Shown piece by piece: positions 17,556 through 26,874 of a stretch of DNA of 64,000 bases. Where the stretch lies: NCBI GenBank assembly GCA_035402765.1, contig DAONDX010000009.1, positions 10,350 through 74,349 of the forward strand, written 5' to 3'. Position numbers and translations under genes: made by a program. Position 1 is the stretch's first letter; each line of letters opens with the position of its first letter. Source of the DNA: Candidatus Omnitrophota bacterium. GTDB taxonomy: Bacteria > Omnitrophota > Gorgyraeia > Gygaellales > Profunditerraquicolaceae. The notes under the pieces were generated by a model. That model had not been told where the DNA came from, searched no databases, and saw only the letters and a list, made by a program, of their open reading frames with translations.

Positions 17556-18686
17556 ATGAAAAAAATCGTAATTATCGGCGCTGGTTTTGCCGGTTTAAGC
17601 GCTGCCCGAAGATTATCCCGTTGCGGTTTACCCGTAGAAATTACTCTCTTTGACAAAAAGGGCGAGTTTAATTTTTTGCCGCTTTTGCCGAACTGCCTGG
17701 GATGTTTGATTAATCCGGATTTTTTGGTTAATCAGGTTGCCGGTTTCTGCCGTAAACTTAAGATCAAATTTAATCAAGAGGAGATTGTTTCAGTTGATTT
17801 AGCAGCCAGGGAAGTTAAAAGTGGCAAGGCTTCTTATGATTATGATTATTTAGTTATTGCCAGCGGCAGCCAAACGAACTTTTTTGCCAATTCCGCTGCC
17901 CAGGCTTACGGATATTCATTAAATAGCGTGGCGGATATCCAGAGTATTCTTGCGCGCTTGAGGGAAAACAATTTTGAAAATTTGGTTATTTGCGGTGCCG
18001 GGTTCACCGGGATTGAAGCAGCGGCTAATTTGTGGCTATACCTAAAAAAGAAAAGATTATCTAAAAAGATCATTATTGTTGAACGTGCCCCGGATATTTT
18101 ATCAGCTTTGCCCGGCTGGATAAGGGAGTATGTTTCGGAAAATTTAAAGGATTTGGGTATCGAGGTGTTGACCAATTCCATGATCGAAAATATCCAGGCG
18201 GATAAGCTGGAGATTTCCGGAGGAAAAATATTCCAACAGGCAATGTTGATCTGGGTGCCCGGAGTAAGAACCGCAGATTTTATTCAAAAACTAAAGATTG
18301 CCAAGAATCCTCAGGGCAGAATTATAGTAGATGAATATTTAGGCGCCGGAAGTAATTGTTTTTGCGCCGGTGACGCTGCGGCTTTTGGCAAAAACAGCAT
18401 TTTTTTAAGAATGGCTGTTCAGTTTGCGATTACCCAGGGCCATCAGGCGGCCGGGAATATAATTCGGAGCCTAAAGAATCTTCCGCTTAAAAAATACTGT
18501 CCCCAAGATCTAGGCTATATTATTCCGATGGTTAATAATCGATCCTGCGGCCAGGTTTTAGGTTGGAATGTTTCAGGGTTCCTGGCGACATTTTTGCATT
18601 TTACCATGTGTATTTTTCGTTCGCTGGGCTGGAAGAATCGTCGAGGGTTAATGAGCGATCTTTTGAAAGGAGGCGGAAAATGTTAG
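17556..18686 (+). CDS. FAD/NAD(P)-binding oxidoreductase, type II NADH:quinone oxidoreductase (NDH-2)-like
   Basis: An N-terminal Rossmann motif IVIIGAGFAGLSAA is followed by a second GAGFTGIE motif. Confidence 0.7.
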   Translation: MKKIVIIGAGFAGLSAARRLSRCGLPVEITLFDKKGEFNFLPLLPNCLGCLINPDFLVNQVAGFCRKLKIKFNQEEIVSVDLAAREVKSGKASYDYDYLVIASGSQTNFFANSAAQAYGYSLNSVADIQSILARLRENNFENLVICGAGFTGIEAAANLWLYLKKKRLSKKIIIVERAPDILSALPGWIREYVSENLKDLGIEVLTNSMIENIQADKLEISGGKIFQQAMLIWVPGVRTADFIQKLKIAKNPQGRIIVDEYLGAGSNCFCAGDAAAFGKNSIFLRMAVQFAITQGHQAAGNIIRSLKNLPLKKYCPQDLGYIIPMVNNRSCGQVLGWNVSGFLATFLHFTMCIFRSLGWKNRRGLMSDLLKGGGKC

Positions 18687-19075
18687 ATTGGGGAATTTTG
18701 GTCTTGAGGCTGGGGATTGGCGTTATGTTTTCAGCGCATGGCTTGCAAAAAGTCTTTGGTTTTTTTGGCGGCCCGGGGATCAATGGTTTTTCGCAAATGC
18801 TTTCCAGTTTAGGGTTTGTCCCGGCTGCGCCTTGGGCTTATCTTGCCGCTTATACCGAATTATTCGGAGGTATATTTTTGATTTTGGGGTTGTTTACCCG
18901 CTCTAGCGCTGCCTTGCTTTTTGTACTTATTGCTACTGCTGCCGTGAAAGTACATCTTGGCAAAGGGTTCTTTTTATCTAACGGCGGTTTTGAATATACT
19001 TTTGTTATCGCAACTGCCTGTATCGCGCTTATGCTATGCGGTTCCGGAAAATTCAGCATTTTTAAACTGATGTAA
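18680..19075 (+). CDS. DoxX-family membrane protein
   Basis: It has four TM helices and a DoxX-like sequence. The start is the ATG at 18680 after RBS AAGGAGGCGG; the 18563 upstream extension overlaps the previous gene and is rejected. Confidence 0.65.
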   Translation: MLDWGILVLRLGIGVMFSAHGLQKVFGFFGGPGINGFSQMLSSLGFVPAAPWAYLAAYTELFGGIFLILGLFTRSSAALLFVLIATAAVKVHLGKGFFLSNGGFEYTFVIATACIALMLCGSGKFSIFKLM

Positions 19076-19173
19076 GCTGCTGGATAAAAATATTCAGTTG
19101 CTTGAAGAAAATAAAGTGCTATATTCTTGGTGTTTATCTTTTTTAAGGTTGAATCTCAACAAGCGATGAAAAT

Positions 19174-20346
19174 TTGATGAAGAAAAAAAAGTGTAATCTG
19201 GCTGTTTTGTTATTAATTTTACTTTTACCGGTAAAGATCTTTGCGGGTGAGGATGTACAGCCGCCTAAACTGGTTATTTTTTATTCGCCTAGTTGCCATG
19301 AGTGTCTGAGGGTTAAGCAAGAGGTGATGCCAAAGATTGAAAAAGAATTCCAAGGAAAGATTATTTTCCAGTATAGTGATGTCAGCCAGATAGAGAATTA
19401 TAAGATACTGGTAGGTTTATTACAAGATTATTCCTCCCGGCTTAAATACCAGGTCCCGCTTTTTTATCTGGAAGGTAAGTTTTTAACCAGCGAAGGGGAA
19501 GTTGAGAATAACCTGCGTAGTTTTATTTCCGCCGGATTAAATAGAAAGTCCCCGCCAGGATCAAAGCCGGTAGATTTAGTGGCTTACTTCAAAAGTTTTG
19601 TCCCGGCGGCAGTTATCTTTGCCGGGCTTAGCGACGGGATCAATCCTTGCGCTTTTACCGTTATTGTATTTTTTATTTCTTTTTTGGCTTTACAGGGCTA
19701 CCGTAAAAAAGAACTGATTTTAATCGGTTTAACATTTATTCTTGGGGTATTCCTGACTTATCTTGGCCTGGGGCTGGGAATTTTTAATTTCTTTTACCGT
19801 TCTTCAGGATTTTGGATAATTACGCAATTATTAAATATCATGATCGGAATCTTAAGCATTGTCCTGGGGATTTTCGCGGTTTATGATTTTATTGAATTTA
19901 AGAAAACCGGCTCGACCGCAGGGCTGCTCCTGCAGCTGCCTAAGCCCATAAAAGAACGCATTCATATCCTGGTAGGTTTCTTTTACCGCAAAAGCCATCA
20001 GGAGAAGCAGGAAAAATCCAAGCCGGTTTTAGCCAAGCTTATTTTGAGCGCCCTGATTACCGGATTTTTAGTTTCACTCCTGGAAGCGGTTTGCACAGGC
20101 CAGGTATATCTGCCGACGATATCCTTTGTTCTGAAATCTACTTCGTTAAAACTGGAGGCCCTGGGATATCTTTTGTTATATAATATTATGTTTATTATTC
20201 CGCTGGTTGTAATCTTGATTTTGGCCCTGCTGGGTATTACCAGCGGGCAGTTTTCCGGCTTTTTAAAGAAGTACCTGGGATTGATTAAAATTTTAATGGC
20301 GGTTTTGTTCTTTAGTTTAGGGATATTCCTGCTTTGGAGGGCTTAA
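19174..20346 (+). CDS. Thioredoxin-fold domain (CHEC) fused to a DsbD/CcdA-like transmembrane thiol-disulfide transporter
   Basis: After a signal peptide, SPSCHEC carries a CxxC motif. The multi-TM region has Cys in GINPCAF and AVCTGQVYLP, as in the DsbD_2/CcdA family. Confidence 0.7.
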   Translation: MMKKKKCNLAVLLLILLLPVKIFAGEDVQPPKLVIFYSPSCHECLRVKQEVMPKIEKEFQGKIIFQYSDVSQIENYKILVGLLQDYSSRLKYQVPLFYLEGKFLTSEGEVENNLRSFISAGLNRKSPPGSKPVDLVAYFKSFVPAAVIFAGLSDGINPCAFTVIVFFISFLALQGYRKKELILIGLTFILGVFLTYLGLGLGIFNFFYRSSGFWIITQLLNIMIGILSIVLGIFAVYDFIEFKKTGSTAGLLLQLPKPIKERIHILVGFFYRKSHQEKQEKSKPVLAKLILSALITGFLVSLLEAVCTGQVYLPTISFVLKSTSLKLEALGYLLLYNIMFIIPLVVILILALLGITSGQFSGFLKKYLGLIKILMAVLFFSLGIFLLWRA

Positions 20347-20720
20347 TGCGTAAAGGAATAATATTATTTTTATTAGTTTTTTTTATGTTGCCGCCGGTTT
20401 TTGCCCAAGAAGCGCAAGTCGATCCTAATCAGTGGGATTTCGGTAAGGTTAAAGCCGGGGTAGTTTTGAGGCATGATTTTATCCTTAAAAACCAGACCAA
20501 TGATATCCTAGAAATAGTTAATATTCATACTTCTTGCGGGTGCACTGTTTCGCAATCGGCTAAGAAATCTCTCTTACCGCAAGAAAGTACGCCGATCAAC
20601 GTAAGTTTTGATTCCAAGGGGTACTCGGGTCAGGTTTCGCAGTTTGTATACGTGCATACGGACAATCTTGATTTTGGCATTATTAAATTTACAATTAAAG
20701 CCGAAGTGGTAAAGGATTAA
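20346..20720 (+). CDS. DUF1573 domain secreted protein
   Basis: It has a signal peptide and the DUF1573 hallmark HTSCGCT. The ATG overlaps the upstream stop (TAATG). Confidence 0.65.
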   Translation: MRKGIILFLLVFFMLPPVFAQEAQVDPNQWDFGKVKAGVVLRHDFILKNQTNDILEIVNIHTSCGCTVSQSAKKSLLPQESTPINVSFDSKGYSGQVSQFVYVHTDNLDFGIIKFTIKAEVVKD

Positions 20721-20754
20721 GCTGCCGGAAGTCTTCGGCCTTAGAAGCTATAGC

Positions 20755-20830
20755 AAAATTCTCTAAAATTTTGGCATATGCGGCGGGATAAATTCGCAGA
20801 CGGTCTATACTTACGCGGCTATCGCTCTGT
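20755..20830 (+). promoter_or_regulatory. Conserved upstream element (copy 1) upstream of htpX
   Basis: The same three conserved blocks (10, 12 and 9 nt) appear with 21- and 20-nt spacers. Confidence 0.5.
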
Positions 20831-20864
20831 AAGTTGTTTGCTCATTTAAAAAAGGAGTAGTCAA

Positions 20865-21827
20865 ATGTGGTCATTGCAGTTAAGAATGTGGTTGTTGGTA
20901 TCCCTGCTTTTTGGGATTATTTATGCTTTAGTGGTGGTTGTGGGCAGAAGTGTTTTACACACGGGAGGTTTTAGTTTTTATTTAATTATCTCGTTGGTTA
21001 TGATGCTGATTCAATATATGCTGGGTCCTAAAATTGTTGAATGGAGCATGCGGGTAAAATATATCAAAAGGGAAGAAAATCCGCGCTTATTTCAGATGGT
21101 TGAGAGTTTAAGCCAGCGCGCCAATATCCCGATGCCCAGAATCGGAATCGCTCAAATTGAGATTCCTAACGCTTTTGCCTTTGGCCGCGGCATCAAAGAC
21201 GGCCGGGTTTGCCTGACCAGCGGAATTATGAATTTGCTCGACGAAGAGGAATTAAAAGCCGTGCTGGGGCATGAATTAAGCCATTTAAAGAACCACGATG
21301 TGCTTACGATCACTTTGCTTTCGGTCATCCCGATGGTGATGTACCGGATTGCCTGGCAGTTTTTATTCTATGGCCGTCGGCGCGATGAGCGGGGAGGTAA
21401 CACAATCTTAATCGGTATAGCAGCGTTTCTCTTTTATTTCATAACCAATCTTTTAGTGCTCTATGCTTCGCGGATCCGGGAATATTTTGCTGATCGGGGC
21501 TCTGTGCTTTTGGGAAATCAACCCAAGGCTTTAGCCTCCAGTCTTTATAAGCTGGCCTACGGAGCGGCGAGAATGAATAAAGAAGAGTTAAAACAAACCG
21601 AAGGCCTAAAAGCCTTCTTTATCAATGATCCGTCTCAAGGGCGTAAGGAAGTGCTGGAATTGGCGCAATTAGATATGGATAAAAGCGGCACCATTGATTC
21701 TTCAGAGCTGGAGCTGCTTAGAGGATCAAAAATTCGTTTAAATTTAGGGGACAAGATGATGGAGATTTTAAGCACTCACCCGAATATGCTTAAACGGATA
21801 AAGAAGCTTTCAGAATATAAGGTTTAA
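20865..21827 (+). CDS. htpX: M48 zinc metalloprotease HtpX
   Basis: Four TM helices are present with HELSHLKNHD (HExxH). Confidence 0.85.
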   Translation: MWSLQLRMWLLVSLLFGIIYALVVVVGRSVLHTGGFSFYLIISLVMMLIQYMLGPKIVEWSMRVKYIKREENPRLFQMVESLSQRANIPMPRIGIAQIEIPNAFAFGRGIKDGRVCLTSGIMNLLDEEELKAVLGHELSHLKNHDVLTITLLSVIPMVMYRIAWQFLFYGRRRDERGGNTILIGIAAFLFYFITNLLVLYASRIREYFADRGSVLLGNQPKALASSLYKLAYGAARMNKEELKQTEGLKAFFINDPSQGRKEVLELAQLDMDKSGTIDSSELELLRGSKIRLNLGDKMMEILSTHPNMLKRIKKLSEYKV

Positions 21828-21854
21828 TAAGTAAAAGAAAGTTAACAAAAGATG

Positions 21855-21894
21855 GGGAGGTTGATTTTATGAATCTTCCCTTTTTTGTTTTTTA
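21855..21894 (+). terminator. Rho-independent terminator after htpX
   Basis: Stem GGGAGG/CTTCCC (with one GU pair) is followed by TTTTTTGTTTTTTATT. Confidence 0.5.
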
Positions 21895-22019
21895 TTAAAA
21901 GCTAAATTTTATAGATTAAAGGTGCCTTGGGTATTTTCGCGGCGGCTTTAAGGCCGGAAAATATCCAAGCGCCGGCCGATTTTCCTAAAGAAATCCAACT
22001 TTCTCCGTCCTGTTTTCTT

Positions 22020-22048
22020 TTGACATAACCCCAAATATACTATATAAT
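22020..22048 (+). promoter_or_regulatory. Consensus sigma70-type promoter for lysS (TTGACA-N17-TATAAT)
   Basis: Perfect -35 and -10 hexamers with 17-nt spacing lie 10 nt upstream of the lysS ATG region. Confidence 0.6.
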
Positions 22049-22057
22049 TACTAAACT

Positions 22058-23512
22058 ATGGATATTAACGAGATAATACAACAGCGAATAGCTAAATTAG
22101 AGGCGTTGGAGGGTAAAAACGTGCTAGTTTATCCTGCTAATGTGCCTGAGCACATCAGGATTAAAGAGGCCTTAAGCAGCTTTGAAGAAGGCAAAAAAGT
22201 CACTCTCTGCGGTAGGATTATGGCTAACCGGGGGCACGGTAAAATAAGCTTCATGGATTTTAGAGATGCCACCGGTAAGATCCAGCTTTATATTAAGCGG
22301 GATATCATCGGAGAGGAAAAAGCGGCATTGCTTGATCAGTTGGATATTGCCGATATTTTGAGTGTTAGCGGTGAACTGTTTAAGACGCATACCGGAGAAT
22401 TTACGGTGAAAGTTCAGGATTTTACCGTTTTAGCTAAGGCTTTACGGCCCTTGCCTGAAAAATGGCATGGTTTAAAGGACGTAGAATTGCGTTACCGGCA
22501 GCGTTATTTAGACTTACTTACTAATGAAGAGGTCAAAAAAGTTTTTTTATTGCGCTCCAAGATCATCCAGTCTATCCGCAGTTTTCTGGATACCCGGGGT
22601 TTCTTAGAAGTAGAAACTCCGATGATGCATGATATAGCCGGGGGGGCTGCCGGACGGCCTTTTAAGACTTTTCATAATGAATATAGTATGGATTTATATT
22701 TAAGGATCGCTCCGGAGTTGTTCTTAAAACGTCTTTTGGTCGGCGGTCTTGACCGGGTCTATGAGATTAACCGCTCTTTCCGTAATGAAGGCGTCTCCAC
22801 GCGGCATAATCCGGAATTTACTATGCTGGAAGTTTACCAAGCTTACGCCGATTATGAAGATATGGTTAATTTGACCCAGGATTTAATTTGCCATGTTGCC
22901 GGCGAAGTTTTAGGCACCCAAGAATTGCTTTATCAGGGTAAGACGATCGACCTGAAAACTCCCTGGAAGAGACAATCTTTTGCCGGGTTGGTTAAGGAGA
23001 AATTTGGTATCGAGCCGCAGGATGACCCGGCGGTGATGTTGACTAAATTACAGGCGCATGGGTTAGCTAAGGATCAAAACCGCTTGAGCCGTTCTCAGAT
23101 TAATAAGATTGTGGAAGATGCCCTGGAACAGGATCTCTGGGTTAATCCGACGTTCATCACGGATTATTTTACCAGCCTGTGTCCTTTAGCCAAAACCAGA
23201 AAAGATAATCCTTTAATTTCTGAGCGGTTTGAACTTTATCTGGCCGGTATGGAGATCGCCAACGCTTATTCTGAGTTAAATGATCCTCAGGAACAGCGCC
23301 GGCGTTTTGAAGAAGAAGTTAAGGGCCTCAACTCTGAAGAAAATAAAAACGTAGATGAAGATTACCTCCTGGCTTTAGAGCACGGTATGCCTCCGGCCGG
23401 AGGGTTAGGCATCGGTATTGACCGTTTGGTAATGTTAATTTGTGATCAACCGTCAATCCGGGATGTAATTCTATTTCCTCTTTTGCGTACGCAAGAAGAA
23501 GAAAAAACCTGA
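22058..23512 (+). CDS. lysS: Lysyl-tRNA synthetase (class II)
   Basis: An N-terminal OB-fold anticodon-binding domain is followed by class II motifs 1-3. Confidence 0.95.
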   Translation: MDINEIIQQRIAKLEALEGKNVLVYPANVPEHIRIKEALSSFEEGKKVTLCGRIMANRGHGKISFMDFRDATGKIQLYIKRDIIGEEKAALLDQLDIADILSVSGELFKTHTGEFTVKVQDFTVLAKALRPLPEKWHGLKDVELRYRQRYLDLLTNEEVKKVFLLRSKIIQSIRSFLDTRGFLEVETPMMHDIAGGAAGRPFKTFHNEYSMDLYLRIAPELFLKRLLVGGLDRVYEINRSFRNEGVSTRHNPEFTMLEVYQAYADYEDMVNLTQDLICHVAGEVLGTQELLYQGKTIDLKTPWKRQSFAGLVKEKFGIEPQDDPAVMLTKLQAHGLAKDQNRLSRSQINKIVEDALEQDLWVNPTFITDYFTSLCPLAKTRKDNPLISERFELYLAGMEIANAYSELNDPQEQRRRFEEEVKGLNSEENKNVDEDYLLALEHGMPPAGGLGIGIDRLVMLICDQPSIRDVILFPLLRTQEEEKT

Positions 23513-23513
23513 C

Positions 23514-24725
23514 ATGTTTTCAGAATTATGGCTTAGCCAGAGATATCTGCGCGCCGGGAAAAAAGAGAAGATTATCTCGATTACCGCGTTGATTTCCATA
23601 ATCGGAATCGCGATCGGAGTGATGGTGCTGATCGTGGTAATTTCAGTCATGAGTGGATTTGACCGGTTCCTCGAGGAGAAAATGGTGGGCACGAATGCTC
23701 ATCTAGCGCTGGAGTTTTACAGCGGGACAAGAAATTCATCCGAAGTAATCGCTAAATTAAAAACTTTTCCTTACGTTAAAGGCGTTTCGCCTTTTATTGA
23801 CGGCCAGGCTTTGGTGAAGGCGGGTAAGTCTTTTTTTGGGGTGGCGGTTCGCGGGATTGACCCCCAGTCGCAAGCAGAGACATCCAAATTTAATGAATAT
23901 TTAAAAACCGGCAGCTACGCGCTAGCAGGTAATCAAGCGGCTTTAGGCAGCGAGCTGGCTTTACGCCTGGGGATGGGGGTGGGGGATACTTTGAGTTTGA
24001 TCTCCCCGGTAACTTTAGATAAAACTGATTTCTATATTCAGGGAATTTTTAATAGCGGGATGTACCTTTACGATTCCAGTTTAGTGTTAACCAGCATTAA
24101 AGGAGCGCAGGATTTTTATAAAATGTCCGGAATGATAAGCGGGATTGCTGTTTCTGTCCCGGATGTTTATAAAGTTGATAATATCAAAGAAGATATCTAC
24201 CGGGACTTAACCGGTTTTGGCCCTTACCAGGTGCGTACCTGGATCGATGCGAATAAAAATTTTATTGAAGCTTTGAAACTTGAGAAAATCGTCATGTTTA
24301 TCGTGGTGACGATGACTACGGTTGTGGCGGCATTCGGCATTGTGAGTACTTTAATTATGTCGGTGATGAGCCGGGTTAAGGACATCGGCATCTTGCGCTC
24401 GGTAGGCGCCAGAACTAAGAGCATTCTGCAAATTTTTATTTTTCAAGGTATGGCGATCGGGGTTACCGGTATTCTGGCGGGGCTTTTGGCTGGAATTTCC
24501 CTGGCGCTTTCATTAGATAAAGTAGTGGAGATCATATCTAAAATTATCGGCAGGAGCCTGATCCCCAAAGATATTTATTATTTCGACCGGATTCCGGTTA
24601 ATATTAACGTCAGCGATGTAAGCGTGATCATAATTTCCGCCTTACTGATAACTTTAGGGGCGAGTATTTATCCGGCATATTACGCCAGCCGGATAATCCC
24701 CAGCGAGGCGGTCAGGCATGAATGA
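23514..24725 (+). CDS. lolE: Lipoprotein-releasing ABC transporter permease (LolC/LolE, FtsX family)
   Basis: It has an N-terminal TM, a large periplasmic MacB-like domain and three C-terminal TM helices. Confidence 0.8.
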   Translation: MFSELWLSQRYLRAGKKEKIISITALISIIGIAIGVMVLIVVISVMSGFDRFLEEKMVGTNAHLALEFYSGTRNSSEVIAKLKTFPYVKGVSPFIDGQALVKAGKSFFGVAVRGIDPQSQAETSKFNEYLKTGSYALAGNQAALGSELALRLGMGVGDTLSLISPVTLDKTDFYIQGIFNSGMYLYDSSLVLTSIKGAQDFYKMSGMISGIAVSVPDVYKVDNIKEDIYRDLTGFGPYQVRTWIDANKNFIEALKLEKIVMFIVVTMTTVVAAFGIVSTLIMSVMSRVKDIGILRSVGARTKSILQIFIFQGMAIGVTGILAGLLAGISLALSLDKVVEIISKIIGRSLIPKDIYYFDRIPVNINVSDVSVIIISALLITLGASIYPAYYASRIIPSEAVRHE

Positions 24726-25398
24726 AGAGATAATCAAAGTTAATTCAATTTGTAAAAGTTACCGGGATAATGCAAATGATCTGGAAGTGCTCAAAGATAT
24801 AAATTTTACGGTTTCCGCAGGCGAGTTTTTAGTAATCCAGGGGCCCAGCGGGGCCGGGAAGTCGACACTTTTACATATTCTGGGCGGGTTGGATAGCCCT
24901 ACCCGGGGCAAGGTTTATTTCCGGGGTATGGATATTTATGCGATAGACGAAAATAGGCGTTCTGTTTTTCGCAATAAAGAAGTCGGTTTTGTTTTTCAAT
25001 TTTTTCACCTTTTGCCGGAATTAAACGCTCTGGAGAATGTTTTGCTCCCGGGAATTTTAAAATCCTGGTGGGAAAGAAAAAAATTTTTAGGCAGCGCGCT
25101 TGAGCTTTTGGAGGAATTAGGGCTGTCCGCCAGGCTTAAACACCGGCCAGGGGCTTTGTCCGGAGGTGAGCAGCAGAGAGTAGCTCTTGCCCGGGCGTTA
25201 ATTAATCATCCGAAGCTTTTACTTTGCGATGAACCTACGGGTAATTTAGATTCGGAAAACGGAAAAAATATTTTAAGGCTTCTATCCCGGCTTAATCAGA
25301 GCCAGAAGATCACGATTGTTATGGTCACTCATGATCCGGATATCGCTTGCGGCGCCGGAAGGGTCATGCATTTAAAAGACGGGGTTATTTTAAATTAA
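24718..25398 (+). CDS. lolD: Lipoprotein-releasing ABC transporter ATP-binding protein
   Basis: Walker A GPSGAGKST, signature LSGGEQQR and Walker B LLLCDEPT are present. Confidence 0.85.
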   Translation: MNEEIIKVNSICKSYRDNANDLEVLKDINFTVSAGEFLVIQGPSGAGKSTLLHILGGLDSPTRGKVYFRGMDIYAIDENRRSVFRNKEVGFVFQFFHLLPELNALENVLLPGILKSWWERKKFLGSALELLEELGLSARLKHRPGALSGGEQQRVALARALINHPKLLLCDEPTGNLDSENGKNILRLLSRLNQSQKITIVMVTHDPDIACGAGRVMHLKDGVILN

Positions 25399-25415
25399 TT
25401 TTAAAATGCTTTAGG

Positions 25416-25442
25416 TCCTGCTTCGCCTTCGGCTACGCAGGA
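25416..25442 (+). terminator. Hairpin after lolD (possible terminator)
   Basis: Stem TCCTGC/GCAGGA encloses a GC-rich loop and is followed by TTTCG. Confidence 0.3.
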
Positions 25443-25483
25443 TTTCGCTAGATAAAAACTTTAAGTGCTCAAGGAGGAAAAAA

Positions 25484-26353
25484 ATGAAAATTTACATCAA
25501 TGGAAAATTTTATGATAAAGAAAATGCTAAAGTTTCCGTGTTTGACCACGGACTGCTTTACGGTGACGGAGTTTTTGAGGGCATCCGTTCTTATAATTGC
25601 CGTGTGTTTAAATTAAGCGAGCATATTGACCGGCTCCTTGAGTCTGCTCAGAGTATTATGTTAAAGATCCCTTTGAGCAAAGAGCAGTTAATCAAGGCGG
25701 TCGTGGATACGCTTAAGGCTAACAAATTGGAAAATGCTTATATCCGCCTGGTGGTTTCCCGCGGCGTAGGTGATCTGGGCCTTGATCCGCGTAAATGTAA
25801 TCAGGGGCCGACAATCATTGTGATTGCCGATAAAATTGCTTTGTATCCGGAAAAACTTTATCGTGAGGGTTTGGCAATTGTTACCGTGCCGACGGTGCGT
25901 AATCTGCCGGAGGCGCTCAATCCTCAGATCAAGTCTTTGAATTATTTAAATAATATCATGGCTAAGATGGAAGCCGCCAACGCCGGTTGCGATGAAGCAA
26001 TCATGCTGGATTCTTTAGGGTATGTGGCGGAGTGTACCGGAGATAATATCTTTGTGGTAAAAAACGGCCAGCTTTATACCCCTCCGCAGTGCATGGGGAC
26101 TTTACGCGGGATTACCCGGGATGCTATTTTGGAAATTGCCCATCAGAATAAGATCCCGGCGCATGAGCATGTGATTACGCGCCACGAGGTTTATATTTCC
26201 GACGAATGTTTCCTTACCGGAACCGCCGCCGAGCTTATTCCCGTGGTTAAAGTTGACGGGCGGATTATCGGTTCAGGTAAACCGGGTAAGCTGACCTATG
26301 CTCTGATGAAGAAATTTAAAGAACTGACCGTTAAGGATGGAGTTAAATATTAA
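25484..26353 (+). CDS. ilvE: Class IV aminotransferase (branched-chain amino acid / D-amino acid aminotransferase family)
   Basis: The fold-type IV PLP aminotransferase is recognised from FDHGLLYGDGVFEGIRSY. Confidence 0.8.
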   Translation: MKIYINGKFYDKENAKVSVFDHGLLYGDGVFEGIRSYNCRVFKLSEHIDRLLESAQSIMLKIPLSKEQLIKAVVDTLKANKLENAYIRLVVSRGVGDLGLDPRKCNQGPTIIVIADKIALYPEKLYREGLAIVTVPTVRNLPEALNPQIKSLNYLNNIMAKMEAANAGCDEAIMLDSLGYVAECTGDNIFVVKNGQLYTPPQCMGTLRGITRDAILEIAHQNKIPAHEHVITRHEVYISDECFLTGTAAELIPVVKVDGRIIGSGKPGKLTYALMKKFKELTVKDGVKY

Positions 26354-26354
26354 G

Positions 26355-26870
26355 ATGTTATGTGATATCTGCGGTAAAAATCCGGCCACCGTGCATTTGA
26401 CCGAAATTATTGATGAGCAAATGAATGAGCTGCATCTGTGCGAAGATTGCGCCAGGAATAAGAGCGCGGCGATGGAGCAGCAGTTTGGCTTAAGTGATTT
26501 GCTGGCGGGGATGGCGGATTTTGAGAAGCCTTCCAGCAAAGAGGAAGAGGTGGTTACTGTTAAGTGCCCTAGTTGCGGTTTAACCTATGCTGACTTTAAG
26601 AAAATCGGGCGTCTGGGTTGCGGTGATTGCTACAATACTTTTCGTAAATACCTGGCTCCTTTGTTAAAACGTATACACGGTTCCAACCAGCATATTGGCA
26701 AGAACCCGGCCAAAATTAAAACTTCCGCCAGGGTTTATAAAAAGAAATCCGGTTTACCGGAATTAAAGAATCAGCTGCAAAAGGCGATTTCCGAAGAAGC
26801 TTTTGAAGAAGCAGCGCGTCTGCGCGACCAGATCAAAGAGTTGGAAGCTAAACAGGAAAAAGAAAGCTAA
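26355..26870 (+). CDS. mcsA: McsA-like protein (zinc-finger and UVR motif activator of McsB)
   Basis: Tandem CxxC zinc-ribbon motifs (CDICG...CEDC; CPSCG...CGDC) are followed by a C-terminal UVR motif FEEAARLRDQIKELE. Confidence 0.75.
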   Translation: MLCDICGKNPATVHLTEIIDEQMNELHLCEDCARNKSAAMEQQFGLSDLLAGMADFEKPSSKEEEVVTVKCPSCGLTYADFKKIGRLGCGDCYNTFRKYLAPLLKRIHGSNQHIGKNPAKIKTSARVYKKKSGLPELKNQLQKAISEEAFEEAARLRDQIKELEAKQEKES

Positions 26871-26874
26871 TCAG

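Noticed and set aside
18563-18679. N-terminal 39-aa extension of the DoxX ORF
   Set aside because: It overlaps the 3' end of the NDH-2 gene in another frame. A good RBS and ATG at 18680 give a typical DoxX start.
20826-20867. CtsR operator (tandem AGTCAAA heptads) upstream of htpX/clpC
   Set aside because: A single AGTCAAA overlaps the htpX start codon, no tandem heptad is present, and none lies upstream of clpC or mcsA.
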